Assembly: GCA_951406725.2 (NCBI GenBank)
Contig: OX597820.1
Coordinates: forward strand, 47,554,001 to 47,618,000
Source: Octopus vulgaris
Taxonomy: Eukaryota
Direction: 5' to 3'
Length of the DNA: 64,000 bases
The notes under the pieces are model-generated. The model was not told the origin of the DNA, did no database searches, and saw only the letters and a program-made list of their open reading frames with translations. Positions 1-12,780 of this stretch are shown here, one piece after another; positions within the stretch are counted from its first letter, which is position 1, and each line of letters opens with the position of its first letter. A program made the translations under genes and the position numbers.

Positions 1-35
1 CCTGCATCCCTTAATATTGATTTAATATTGATTTC

Positions 36-185
36 ATATTTTGGCACAAGGCCAGCAATTTCAGGGGAGGAGTAAGTCGATTAGATTGACCCCAGTACAC
101 AACTGGTACTTATTTTATCAACTCCAAAAGGATGAAAGGCAAAGTTGACCTTGGTGGTATTTGAACCCGGAACACAAAGACGTGT
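36..185 (-). mobile_element. tRNA-derived SINE, family B (partial)
   Basis: Contains aactggtacttattttatc..aaaggatgaaaggcaaagttgacc..atttgaac, the reverse complement of the body of the + strand copies at 23887, 58410 and 60756. Confidence 0.8.
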
Positions 186-214
186 GCTAATGAGATGTTA
201 AAAAAAAAACTTGC

Positions 215-730
215 ACATGCAATTGCTGCCAGTCGAAAGCTGCGCATACCGGAAGTCATCAGGGGAGAATGCGATCCGTTTCGGAACCTGTCTCTCGACG
301 GTATCATTGCGCACCGGCCCACTCCTCACTGTTATAAGGTCCCGCTTGCTAGATTACCTGGTTATCAAATAAAGCTCAATAGTCTTCTAGCCATCGCTCA
401 TCGACTCATTTTAACCAAATCCAGTGGCTAGCCTTTTCCATTGTGGTTTGGATTTCGTTCATGGTGGTATTCACTTTACAATGAGTTAGGCCTAACGATA
501 ACAACGGTCGCCTCACACTGTGTCCAACAAATTCTCTACTTCCAACTTCGATTGGAAAGTGCCCTGTTTTCCAGCCTGCGTCTTCACATTCCTCGAGCAG
601 GTTTACATAACAGTCAATCTTACGAGCCCGAGCGGCGTCCATGTTGTCTTCATGAGGAACCGTTAACTCGACTAGATTCACCACTTTCACGCCACATTAT
701 AATATCCTGCTAGCTCGCCAACCTAAACTG
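215..730 (-). mobile_element. 3' fragment of a non-LTR retrotransposon with restriction-like endonuclease (Hero-like), decayed
   Basis: ORF 406-690 (VELTVPHEDNMDAARARKIDCY..EECEDAGWK..FPIEVGSREFVGHS) matches the RLE C-terminus ELTVPxExN..A..RK..KY..GW..PVEVG.RGF. A frameshifted QDIIMW (PD-like motif) lies just upstream. Confidence 0.75.
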
Positions 731-859
731 TTCTGTAATATTAATGTCTAAATTAAGTTGGCGAAGGTTGATATCCTGAAAGAGTGCATGGTCTCAGAAT
801 TTTAGTGATTACAGACCTGCTGGATCAGAATTGCCCTGGTCAAACAACAACAATAACGG

Positions 860-1257
860 TTTCAAATTTTACTACAAGGGCAGCAATCTTGGGTGAGGGG
901 ATTAAGTCGATTACATCGACCGCAGTGCATAACTGGTACTTATTTAACCGACCACGAAAGGATGAAAGAAAAAGTCGACCTTCGCGGAATTCGAACTCAG
1001 AACGTATCGTCGGGCGAAATACCTGATTCTTTATAACCCCATAAGGGGCTAAACACAGAAGGGACAAACAAGGACAGACAAAGGGATTAAGTCGATTATA
1101 TCGACCCCAGTGCGTAACTGGTACTTATTTAATCGACCCCGAAAGGATGAAAGGCAAAGTCGACCTCGGCGGAATTTGAAATCAGAACGTAGCGGCAGAC
1201 GAAATACCGCTAAGCATTTTGCCCGGCGTGCTAACGGTTCTGTCAGCCCGTCGCCTT
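860..1257 (-). mobile_element. Two adjacent family-B SINE copies
   Basis: Two runs of gggattaagtcgatt..aactggtactt..gaaaggatgaaag..gtcgacct..cggaattt. The second ends in the family head (rc ggcgacgggctgacagaaccgttagcacgccgggc). Confidence 0.85.
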
Positions 1258-1304
1258 AAACAACAACAATAATAAAAACAAAAACAAAATAATTTTTTTC
1301 TTTG

Positions 1305-1725
1305 TTATTACTTGTTTTAGTCATTTGACTGAGGCCATGCTGGAGCAATGCCTGGAAGTCGTTTTAGTCGAGTAAAGCGACTCCGGTACTTACTTTTTTT
1401 TTATAAGCCTTTTTACTTATTCTGTCGGTCTCTTTTGCTGTACTTCTTAATTACGAGGACATAAACACACCAACACCGGCTGTCAAGCGCGAAGGAGAAA
1501 AAAGACGCCCCCCACATGCTCACATATACATATACACACATGCGCGCGCGCAAACACACACACACACAACGGGTGTCTTTCAGTTTTCGTCTACCAAATC
1601 CTCTCACAAAGCATGGTTGGTCCGATGCTACAGTAGAAGACACTCGCGCAAGGTGCCACACAGTAGGAATGAACCCGGTACCCTGTGGTCAGGAAGGAAA
1701 CTTCTGACCATACACCCACGCTTAT
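1305..1725 (-). mobile_element. tRNA-derived SINE, family A (internal microsatellite)
   Basis: Reverse complement of the family-A layout seen at 2041-2520, with an internal CA tract. Confidence 0.8.
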
Positions 1726-2040
1726 CTTTTACGTGTTTCAGTACCGCGGCCATGCTGGGGTAACCACCTTGAAATGTTTACTCCAATAAACCAACTTCTG
1801 TACGCTCTTTTTTTCTGTTTTCCTAATTCTTCGAAATTTTACAACAAAGAGGGATCGATTTTAAAGAAATAAACTCCTATCATTGGAATTTATATATCAA
1901 AGACTATGAAGATTTACATGTTGAATATTAGAAGTCTTGCATAATTGCAGTTCCGCTTACAGATAACAATTGAAGAAATGAAGTTAAAGGATCTCTGTCT
2001 TTTCCCCCAAATCCTCAAAATTTTAAAGATTGTTATTATA

Positions 2041-2520
<480 letters not shown>

Positions 2521-2576
2521 ATTCATTAACATAACCACATACATCAATGATTATCGGAATAAATGTAAAACATGTA

Positions 2577-2763
2577 GGTGCAGGCGTAGCTGTGTGGTAA
2601 GAACTTTGCTTCTAAGCCACATGGCTCCGGGTTCAGTCCCACTGCATCGCGCCTCGGGTAAGTTCCTTCTATTATAGCATTTTCCTGACCAAGGCATTGT
2701 GAATAGATTTGGTAGACGGAAACTGAAATAAACCTGTCGTATATGTATGTATGTTTGTCCGTG

Positions 2764-2820
<57 letters not shown>

Positions 2821-3040
2821 ATTTGTGCCTGTGATTGCTTTCCACCATTGCTTGACAATCAGTGTTGGTGTGTTTACGTCACCATAACATAGCAGTTTGG
2901 CAAAAGTGACCGATAGAATAAGTACAAGGCTTTACAAAAACAATATGGCCTAGGGTCGATTCGTTGGACTAAAACAACTTCAAAGCAGTGCCTGAGCATG
3001 GCCGCACTAAAATGACTGAAAAAATTAAAACATAAAAGAT
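2577..3040 (+). mobile_element. SINE family A copy
   Basis: Same head, microsatellite and tail order as 2041-2520. Confidence 0.85.
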
Positions 3041-3394
3041 TAAAGGTAGAGAAACCGCAGCTTTTGAAGCAGTCAACCATAACAATTTTCTTTTCCTCCT
3101 ACATTTAGTGCAATGTTCATATCCTCTGCTGAACTCTTATCTACAACAGTTAACACTCTTGTCTTCACCGCCAATCAGCTTTATCGGGCCTATTGTCTTT
3201 ATAATTAATGGAAATTTTGATGTTTCACCAACATATATTATGCTGGAACCTATGAATATACCTAATATCGTATGTATATATGATGTATGTATGTAAGTAA
3301 GTACGTATGTACGTATGTATGTATGTATGTATGTATGTATGTATGTATGTATGTATGTATGTATGTATGTATGAATGTATGTATGTATTTCATT

Positions 3395-3615
3395 GTTCAA
3401 TTTTATTTCAAGATTTCTTACCAATAGAGAAGGAGCCGGTTTCTAACCTAGATCCAAGGCTCCTTCATTGGAATTTCAATATCAGCAACAGGGTATTTTT
3501 GTATGACATTATTGAGTTTATTTCAAGATTTCTTGCCAATATAGAAAGAACCGGTTTCTAACCTAGATCCAAGGTTCCTTCATTGGAATATCAACATCAA
3601 CAACAGGGTACATTT
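3395..3615. repeat. Two tandem copies of a ~115-bp repeat embedded in (ATGT)n; diverged third copy near 5495-5590
   Basis: ttatttcaagatttctt.ccaata.aga..ga.ccggtttctaacctagatccaagg.tccttcattggaat.tcaa occurs twice. Confidence 0.8.
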
Positions 3616-3880
3616 GTTTGTATGTATGTATGTATGTATGTATCTATGTGCAGATTTGTATGTTTTATTTACGTATTCTCATGCATGTAGTCGCATATCT
3701 AGACATTTTTTTTTTTTTTTTACTTGTTTCAGTGATTTGACTGCGGCCATGCTGGAGCACCGCCTTTAGAGTGGTGAAAGAGTACAGCAGGGATCACCAC
3801 CTCCTGCCGGAGCCTCGTGGAGCTTTTAGGTGTTTTTTCGCTCAATAAACACGCACAACGCCCGGTCTGGGAATCGAAAC

Positions 3881-4355
3881 ATGTTCATATATATTTAAAT
3901 GATAAACTTCAGGAAAGTTTTACAGATTTTTACAGTTACAGTGATGGAATTAGCTTTCTCCTTTCTGGTTCTGAGAAACTTAATTTCTGAAGATTGGTAT
4001 TTAGGCAGTGTGTTACACATCCCAGAGCCCCAATAATTACAGGTGTAAACCTGAACTTGTAATCTGGATAGAGTAACTGTAAGACTTGTAATCTGGACAG
4101 AGTAACTGTATGTATGTATGTATGTATGTATGTATGTATGTATGTATGTATGTATGTATCCGTGCAAATTTGTATGTTTTACTTTATGTATGTATTCTTA
4201 TTCATATAGTTGCATATCTGGACATGCTCATATATATTTAAATGATAAACTTCTGGTAAGTTTTACAGATTTTTATAGTGCCAGTGATAGATTGGGTCTG
4301 TAGTCTTCGAATTAGCTTTCTCCTTTCTGGTTTTGAGAAGCCCAATTTCTCAAGA
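3881..4355. repeat. Dispersed duplication (3881-3990 similar to 4222-4355) of an (ATGT)n-associated repeat
   Basis: Shared catatatatttaaatgataaacttc.gg.aagttttacagattttta and aattagctttctcctttctggtt.tgagaa. Confidence 0.75.
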
Positions 4356-5651
4356 TCTGTATGTATGTATGTATGTATGTATGTATGTATGTATGTATGT
4401 ATGTATGTATGTATGTATGTATGTACGTACGTACACATACTCGCAGTCTCCTTCCTATCATACAGAGGATTTGGGGGGATTATTTAGACTCTTCGCAAAT
4501 TTCAAGCCAGCTGCGAAGTGCATGTACTGCTGATATTTAAGACAAGTAAAAAAAAGCATCGATATTGCTCAAAATCAAGTTGTCGCCATGATCTATGTAT
4601 ATGCGTATGCAAGCATATATGTGTATGTATATACCTATGAATGTGTACGTAATCATGTAAGCAAATACCTATGTATGTGCGGATGCTTGTATTTTACAGC
4701 ATGTATAAATCTGTGTTTAACGTATATATGCTCATATATACACACCTTCGTATTTTCTACTCGTGTGTTTATGTATTTATTACATGCTTCAGGGATGTTC
4801 TACATATACTCTCAGTTACATTAATGTCTTCTAACAGTTGTTCCCTAATTAGCCGAGTGTTTACTGATTTTGCAAAGCAGTTTTGTTGATTGGGGCTAAG
4901 ACTGTTCGTAACATATCCAATAATCATAAGAAATCTAAAGCTAAAGTCAGGGCTATGCTATCTATAGATTTCTCATTACCTGGGAATAGTCATTTTTTCA
5001 TTAATCTTTAACATTGTTAATTAACATCTGCCGTGTAATCTTATTCATCCTACTCTGCATACATTCATTACATTTCCAAGATCATTACGTCTGGTCTGTT
5101 ATATTTAAAAATTTTACTGAGGCTCTCACAGAAAATTTCCGGTAGTATTTTTTGATATTATAAATGTGCATACAGTCCACATAACTAAAAGTTCAATATT
5201 TTTACCTTCAAAACTATCCATTCTATGGATAACATTTTGGCACAGCTACTTTTGTGAACAGCATATTTAGTGTCGAATCCACTGGTACTGCATCAGTTGT
5301 CACATCTAAATATTTAACCTGCAATTCTATCTCTTTTATGCATCAGATTTTCCGTTGTTAGTTCCTGTTACTTTATTTCAATGACTATATCCTTCACAGC
5401 GAGAGCTACTACACCAAAAGCTGGATCAAGAAATGTACGTACGTACGTATGTATGTATGCATGCATGCATGTATCTATGTTTGTAACTATGCTCTAGTTT
5501 ATTTTTCAATTTTCTCACCCATAGAGAAAGAGTCGGTTTCTTACATAGAAATAAGATACTTTAATTGGAATTTAGCCATCTTCTACATAGCTATTGGTTC
5601 ATGTATGTATGTATGTATGTATGTATGTATGTATGTATGTATGTATGTATG

Positions 5652-5682
<31 letters not shown>

Positions 5683-6837
5683 GGATGGGATGGAGAAATG
5701 GATTGAAGGTATGAATGTATGTATGTATATACGTATGTATTTATATTTATATGTGTGTGCACGTATGTATGGTTTTCTTTGCGATCTAAGTTCTTGGCAA
5801 AATTCAAACCGGTGTCTAACAACGTGGCAAAACTTTTTATCATGTATGTACAATGCATGTATGCATGTATGCGAATTATTGTATGTATGTATGTACAATG
5901 CATGTATGTGTGCATGCATGTACGTCTGTCTATATATGTACATGTGTATCTATGTCTCCTTCTCGCCTTCTCTCTCCATGTCTCCCTGTGTTTAGTAATA
6001 TGTCTATTCGTTCTCAAATCACTATACGTTTATACATATGTATATACACATACTGCAATGTAAACTTTTGCAAAGTTTATACATTTCACAGTTCCATTAC
6101 TGCCTTGTAATTGAAATTTCCTAATTAGCTTGGTTTGGAAGCTCAGCTTTTCAAGACTGGTGCTGAGGGAGTTAGTTACATAACCAAGCACTCCAGTAAT
6201 TACAGATGTACAGCGAAAGCATTGTTTCTGCATATTTCGCATTAATTCGACATAGATGTCACCTGCTAATTTTAACATTATAGTGAGATGGCCGGATATG
6301 ATTTGCGGAGATTTGGTTGCTATTTCGAACCGTTCTGGCAACCAAATAGATGGATTCCTTGTTCACTCGTTTGGAGTATTGCTTAAAGCATGACACACTT
6401 TGCTACGTGGAAGTGTTGTTGTTAATCCTGAGTTAATCCTGAATTCAGTAGAGTAATGTCAACGTTTCATAATCCAATCAAGTCATACTTTCATAAAGGA
6501 ACGTGACTGAAGGCGATTTGACGGCTATTTCTGGCAAGTTGAGCTTCTTCTTTAGCTCGTACATTGAAGCATATTACAGAACAGTGCATTAGTGCTTCGT
6601 GTTCTGTCGTGTACGAACTACAGAATTGTATAAAGTATGTACAGCGTGATGTAAATTTATATAGTGAATGCAATGCCGTTTATTGTGACATTATGTGCCG
6701 CTTATTAACAGAGTAAAGTATTGGGATCTTTAAGAATAAATTGAATAGCAGACATCCGGTTCAACGCCACAACGTGGCATTCGAGTGCCTTTGTGATGAA
6801 GATTCATCACAATTATAATATATCTGGACATTACCCA

Positions 6838-7500
<663 letters not shown>

Positions 7501-7571
7501 AGGTAAAAGAAAGTTTTAACGGAGAAAAATTACATTGTCATAAAGACACTTATATATACATTATATATATA

Positions 7572-7895
7572 CTGGTACTCCGTCGCTTACGACGATGGTT
7601 CCAGTTCATCCGATTAACGAAATATCTTGCTCGTGAGATGGACGGACACGCGTGTTGTTTTTGTTTTTTCTTTTTCTCAGTAACCCTTCACGTACTTCTC
7701 AGGGAGATTCACCGTGACACAGAGTGTGATAAGGTTGGCCCTTGAAATACAGGTACTACTCATTTTTGCCATCTGAATGAACTGGAGCAACGTGAAATAT
7801 AGTGTCTTGCTCAAAGACACAACGCACCGCCGGGAATCAAACTCGTGACTTTACGTTCGCAAGCCGAATACCCTAACCACAAAGTCACGCGCCCT
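7572..7895 (-). mobile_element. tRNA-derived SINE, family C
   Basis: rc head gagggcgcgtgactttgtggttagggtattcggc..gagtttgattccc. Body shared with 28955-29190, 47160-47398 and 52890-53147. Confidence 0.8.
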
Positions 7896-7919
7896 CGCCG
7901 TTATATATACGTCTTCTTT

Positions 7920-7962
<43 letters not shown>

Positions 7963-7970
7963 CACACATT

Positions 7971-8603
7971 ATATAGGAATGGTCCTGATAGGCCATTCGA
8001 CTCACTAGAAAGAGCAGCCAAACTCAAACCGCTAAATAGTTGTAATTCTGAAATTGGAAGAGAAATAAAAACATTTACCCCTTTTCATCTCTGGACTATA
8101 GGTCGAATGGCCTATCAGGTCCATTCCTATATTGTTGAATGTATATTATATAGTCTTTGACTATTTTTTCTTTCTCACTAGACCGCTTGTAGCGGAGAAT
8201 TTTTTCTAGAATTTTTTTGCTACTCTGATATTTATTAATTAATGATTTTTTTAGCTAATTTTGAAATTAAATCAGCAGTTTATATCTGCAGCACAGAAAA
8301 CCGCTCGGTAGCGGTGGATTTTGAAAATTTAGAGCATATTGGCTTGAGGCTTCCTTGCTGTAGCCTCGTGGACATATTCTCGTCCTAGGCTTCTCTGCTG
8401 ATGAGACACGCCAGTTGTAAGCAAATTTAATTTAATCTAATTAATTTGTTTACCTAAGTTTGTCGAAACTATGCATAGTCCAGAGATGAAAAGGGGTAAA
8501 TGTTTTTATCTCTCTTCCAATTTCAGAATTACAACTATTTAGCGGTTTGAGTTTGGCTGCTCTTTCTAGTGAGTCGAATGGCCTATCAGGGCCATTTATA
8601 TTG

Positions 8604-8609
<6 letters not shown>
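7971..8609 (+). mobile_element. Non-coding hammerhead-containing element: 471-bp unit with terminal redundancy plus an inverted partial copy, between (TA)n tracts
   Basis: 8102-8140 is repeated at 8573-8609. 7978-8099 is the reverse complement of about 8475-8596. Intact hammerhead at 8392-8486. Confidence 0.8.
8392..8486 (+). ncRNA. Type I hammerhead ribozyme, intact core
   Basis: tctctg-CTGATGA-gaca(60-nt stem II arm)tgtc-GAAAC-tatgcata-GTC-cagaga. Stem I is 6 bp perfect and stem III is the palindrome ACTATGCATAGT. Predicted cleavage is after 8480. Confidence 0.9.
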
Positions 8610-8633
<24 letters not shown>

Positions 8634-8640
<7 letters not shown>

Positions 8641-9823
8641 TAAAAGAAATAAAACATATGCATATATATAAACATATATGTACGTACCTACCTCTACATG
8701 TACATATACACGCATATATGAGTACAGGACACCAAAGGGACGTCGAACACATAGAGAAACGAAAACATAGACACAAACCAAAGGAACAAGACATTTTTTT
8801 AAAAACAACAAATAATGGAGTACAGGACAGTTAACACAACGAAAAAACCCTTCTTCAGTCGCTAAGGTTTCATCTACTCTACGTTTCGAAGGATAAAAGC
8901 GAGACGTATCTTCGACAAGAAACTTTCCTTCCTGCGAAAAGCAAATCAATTAAAATTCTGAGATCTTTTCGCAGAGGGGTAAAAAATGGTAAAAAAATGG
9001 TAAAAAAACGAGACAGTAACGACAGTACAAAAATATAAACAGTAAAAAAAAATATATATATAAACAGTAAAAAAATATATATAACAGTAAAAGACAGGAC
9101 AGGGAGAACAAGATAAAAAGGGCTGTTGACGCCGAACGAAAAAAGTATTGCAAACGCTGAATTTTTTGTGACGACGAGAGAGCAGGAAAAGTCGTCCAGT
9201 AGCCTTAAAAGGCGGGCGAGAAAGACCGTTAGCAGTTACGGCGGAAGTATCGTCGCAGATGGACGACGGGAATGAGGGAGGAGGAGCAAGAGGAAGGGAG
9301 AGAAGAAGGGGAATGGTGCGAGGAGACCATGAAGAATGGTGAGGGGGAGAGAGAATGAAGAACGAGAGAGAGAGGAAGAGACAAGTTAAGTGAGGGAAAA
9401 AAGACGAAAAGGGGATGGGATAGAAAGAAAGAAAGAAAGAGCAGAGTGCGCGTGAGAGTTAATATCAAGGCGAACTTGATATACAGAACAATCTTACTTA
9501 AGAGGGTGCGTGCGTTTAGTCGTATAATATATTAATAAAAGAAATAAAACATATGCATATATATAAACATATATGTACGTACCTACCTCTACATGTACAT
9601 ATACACGCATATATGAGTACAGGACACCAAAGGGACGTCGAACACATAGAGAAACGAAAACATAGACACAAACCAAAGGAACAGGACATTTTTTTTAAAA
9701 ACAACAAAAAATGGAGTACAGGACAGTTAACACAACGAAAAAACCCCTTCTTCAGTCGCTAAGGTTTCATCTACTCTACGTTTCGAAGGATAAAAGCGAG
9801 ACGTATCTTCGACAAGAAACTTT
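8634..9823 (-). mobile_element. Partial-tandem non-coding element (895-bp unit plus ~290-bp repeat), Penelope-pLTR-like
   Basis: 8634-8925 is repeated almost exactly at 9529-9823 (offset 895). It is flanked by TA-rich tracts and carries a degenerate hammerhead-like core on the minus strand. Confidence 0.7.
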
Positions 9824-9844
9824 GTATGTATATATATATATGTA

Positions 9845-10258
9845 TATATATATAAAACTCAACTTGTGTGTCTGTGTGTGTATCTGTGTGTGTATCTGTG
9901 TGTGTGTCTGTGTGTTTAACTTCCCGGCACATCTCCTTCTAGCCAACAAATCGTAGAACCACCAAAAATGGGTCACTTAAAGTTTAGGCGAATGAAAATT
10001 GAACTGCGCTATTTCTGTTCCGAAATTCATCTCGCAAATGCAAAAATCGATAATGTGTTTGTTTAGGCCTTATCCCATGCATTGAATAGTGAATAGTGAA
10101 CTTTTTGACTGTTGTGTCACCATTTTTCGGTGTATTTCAACTGGAAAAATGTTCACTTGAAGAGAATAGCAAGTTGCATAATGCAAATTTTTACTTTTCA
10201 AAAATTCCAATTCTAAAGGGTCGAAACAAACCCAAGCAACACCGGGTGATACTACTAG
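9845..10258 (+). mobile_element. Non-autonomous Helitron-like element
   Basis: Starts tatataaaactcaacttgtgtgtc and ends cccaagcaacaccggg..CTAG|T (subterminal GC-rich element plus CTAG). Confidence 0.6.
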
Positions 10259-10384
10259 TAAATATATATATATATATATATATATATAGATAGATATATA
10301 TATTTATTCATATATGGATTTCGTAGACAGGGACTGAAACAAATCAATCGTATATATATGTATGTATGTATATATATAGGTGTA

Positions 10385-11305
10385 TGTGTTTTGGTATTGG
10401 CAACATGAATGACAATGGTCAGAGACTACTTGAATTTTGCACATACCATAACCCGTGCATCACCAACACATTCTTTGGCAGCAAGACATCCCACAAGGCA
10501 TCTTGGAGACATCCAATATCTCAGCACTGGCATCAGCTGGATCTCATCATTACACGAAAATCCTTTCTGAATTCTGTTCAACTGACCTGTAGTTACCCCA
10601 GTGCGGATTGTGACATATATCATTCACTAATATGAAGCAGGGTGAGGATTCTGCCTAACAAAGTCCATCACTCCAAGAAAATGGGCAGACCACGCATTAA
10701 CACTGCCAGAACCTCGGACCCTACAGTGCGAAAATGTTTTGCTGTTTCCATCAAGGTTGCCCTCAGTAGCTGCCCAACACCATCTGCTGAAAGTAGGTGG
10801 AATTATAACAGGAAAGCTTTGTATACCACATCAATAGATACTTTCGGCATGAGAGAAAGGCAAAACCCAGATTGGTTCAGTGCTGGGCTCTCAGAGCTGG
10901 AAACAGTTATCGAAGCAAAGTGTGCAGCTCTCATGCAATACAAAAGTGATTCTTCTACAAAGTCACTCGAAGAACTCAGAAAGGCAAGAAATAAAACCCA
11001 ACTGACTGCCAGACGCTGTGCAAATAGGTATTGGCAGGAAATCTGTCAGAGTATCCTGTCAGCTGCTGACAGTGGCGACACCCATGGGATGTATGCCGGT
11101 TTGAAGAAGGCCCTCGGTCCATCCGTAACCAAGTCAGCTCCTCTGAAATCAACTACTGGAGATCTCATCAAGGACCAAAGCAAGCAAATGGATAGATGGG
11201 TGGAGTACTACCAGGATCTCTACCCACGGGAGACCACGGTAGCTGAGGCTGCAATCGAGGGTGTCAAGATCTTGCCAGTCATGTGTGAACTTGACAGTCT
11301 GCCAT
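10385..11305 (+). mobile_element. RTE-clade LINE fragment (APE endonuclease C-terminus and linker), pseudogenised
   Basis: FGIGNMNDNGQRLLEFC..ITNTFF..SWRHP.SQHWHQLDLII..SADCD..HSLI, then an in-frame stop at ~10633, continuing to QMDRWVEYYQDL. It is truncated before the RT domain. Confidence 0.9.
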
Positions 11306-11339
11306 CTATCTATATATATATATATGGCAGACTGTCAAG

Positions 11340-11404
<65 letters not shown>

Positions 11405-11409
11405 ATATA

Positions 11410-12726
11410 TATATATAAAACCCTAATGGGAGCCTTAACTCCCAAATTTTAGTCATTTCTTTTTTGATCCAAAACTAGGTCAAAAGTACTGAATGAATCT
11501 TTATGAAATTTGGAAATTATATTCTATGCATAAGGGCCATAACCCCCATGACAATTCATATATTTTTGCTATTGAGGAAATTTTAACCATAGATATTAGA
11601 CACAAATGAAGTAATATTTATAAAATTCAATCTTCATACAAGTTATAAAGACCCCACCATGGGAACTTAACATCCAAAATTTTGTCATTTTATCGAAGCA
11701 AAAACGAATACAGTTGTGCTCTTGGAAGCTGTAGGGTTACCCGAGCATAAAAGTTGAGCATTATTTGTAATTCAATGGTACAACAGTGTAAGAGTTTGCT
11801 TTGGCATACACATACATTGTGATTTCTGCAATGTGGTGCATAAATTGTCAAGTAAATGAGAGGCACCTTTGCCTCCACTGACTCAGTTGCAAAGTGTTGA
11901 GTAAAGTTATTTGATTGCAGACTTCCTTTCAGTCTTTTTATTATCACTCGGTCACACATAGCCCCCAGATGGTAACATTGATTTCAAGGCCTTCCCAGAT
12001 GAGTGACTGGTTATTCAAAGACATTTATAGATTGTAAATTTATTCTGTCCAGTTACATATCAGTATAGTGGTCATTTGCAAACTCCAACTTTCATTTCTC
12101 CTTAGCCCTCACGTCACACAGTTGTTAATGTTTATTTCATTTGGGTCACGTCCTTCCAATTGCTATAGATTCGTAATGCATCTTACGGCTGTGCCTGTCA
12201 CCTGGGTGGTGAGGAATCCTACATTGGGAGTGGTAACGACTAGGGTAGGGTAACTGACTGCTTATTGTGATCATTCGTCTTTTGGTTTCCTGTAGCTTTG
12301 CTTTCTTTTACAAACCCAGTAAACATATATTTCCTATTTCAAAGAAATTCAAACAATATATATAAGACCCAAGTAAAAAAGATTCTCAACAATTCAACTT
12401 CTCTGGTTGACATTAAGATGCCCACCCCCTACAGGGGCCTTAACTCTCACATTTTAGAGCTCTATGACCTTCATTTTTCAGGGGCAAAATCTTTTAAAAA
12501 GGTTCAATAAGACTGGAATTTTGGAATATGCGCATAAAAATCAGTAGTATGGGATATATGTGGCACGATTACAATTTTTGGGGGCTGTGTAAAGAGGGAA
12601 ATAACCCTCATCTGCAATTTTGATGAAATTCGAAACATAGATATTCCAGTTCATTAGAGAAAATATGACAGAAAAGTCTAATTCTTCAATTGTATGTAAC
12701 ACGGGCAACGCCGGGTATCTCTGCTA

Positions 12727-12727
<1 letters not shown>
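11410..12727 (+). mobile_element. Helitron-like element (3' end clear, 5' end inferred)
   Basis: Ends cgggcaacgccgggtatctctgCTAG|T, related to the end at 10231-10258. Internal subrepeats (..ccttaactc.ca.atttt..) at ~11417, 11650 and 12421. Confidence 0.55.

Positions 12728-12779
<52 letters not shown>

Positions 12780-12780
<1 letters not shown>

Noticed and set aside
4820-5430. Decayed RT remnant on the minus strand (VKYLDVT)
   Set aside because: A single short motif with broken frames is insufficient evidence.
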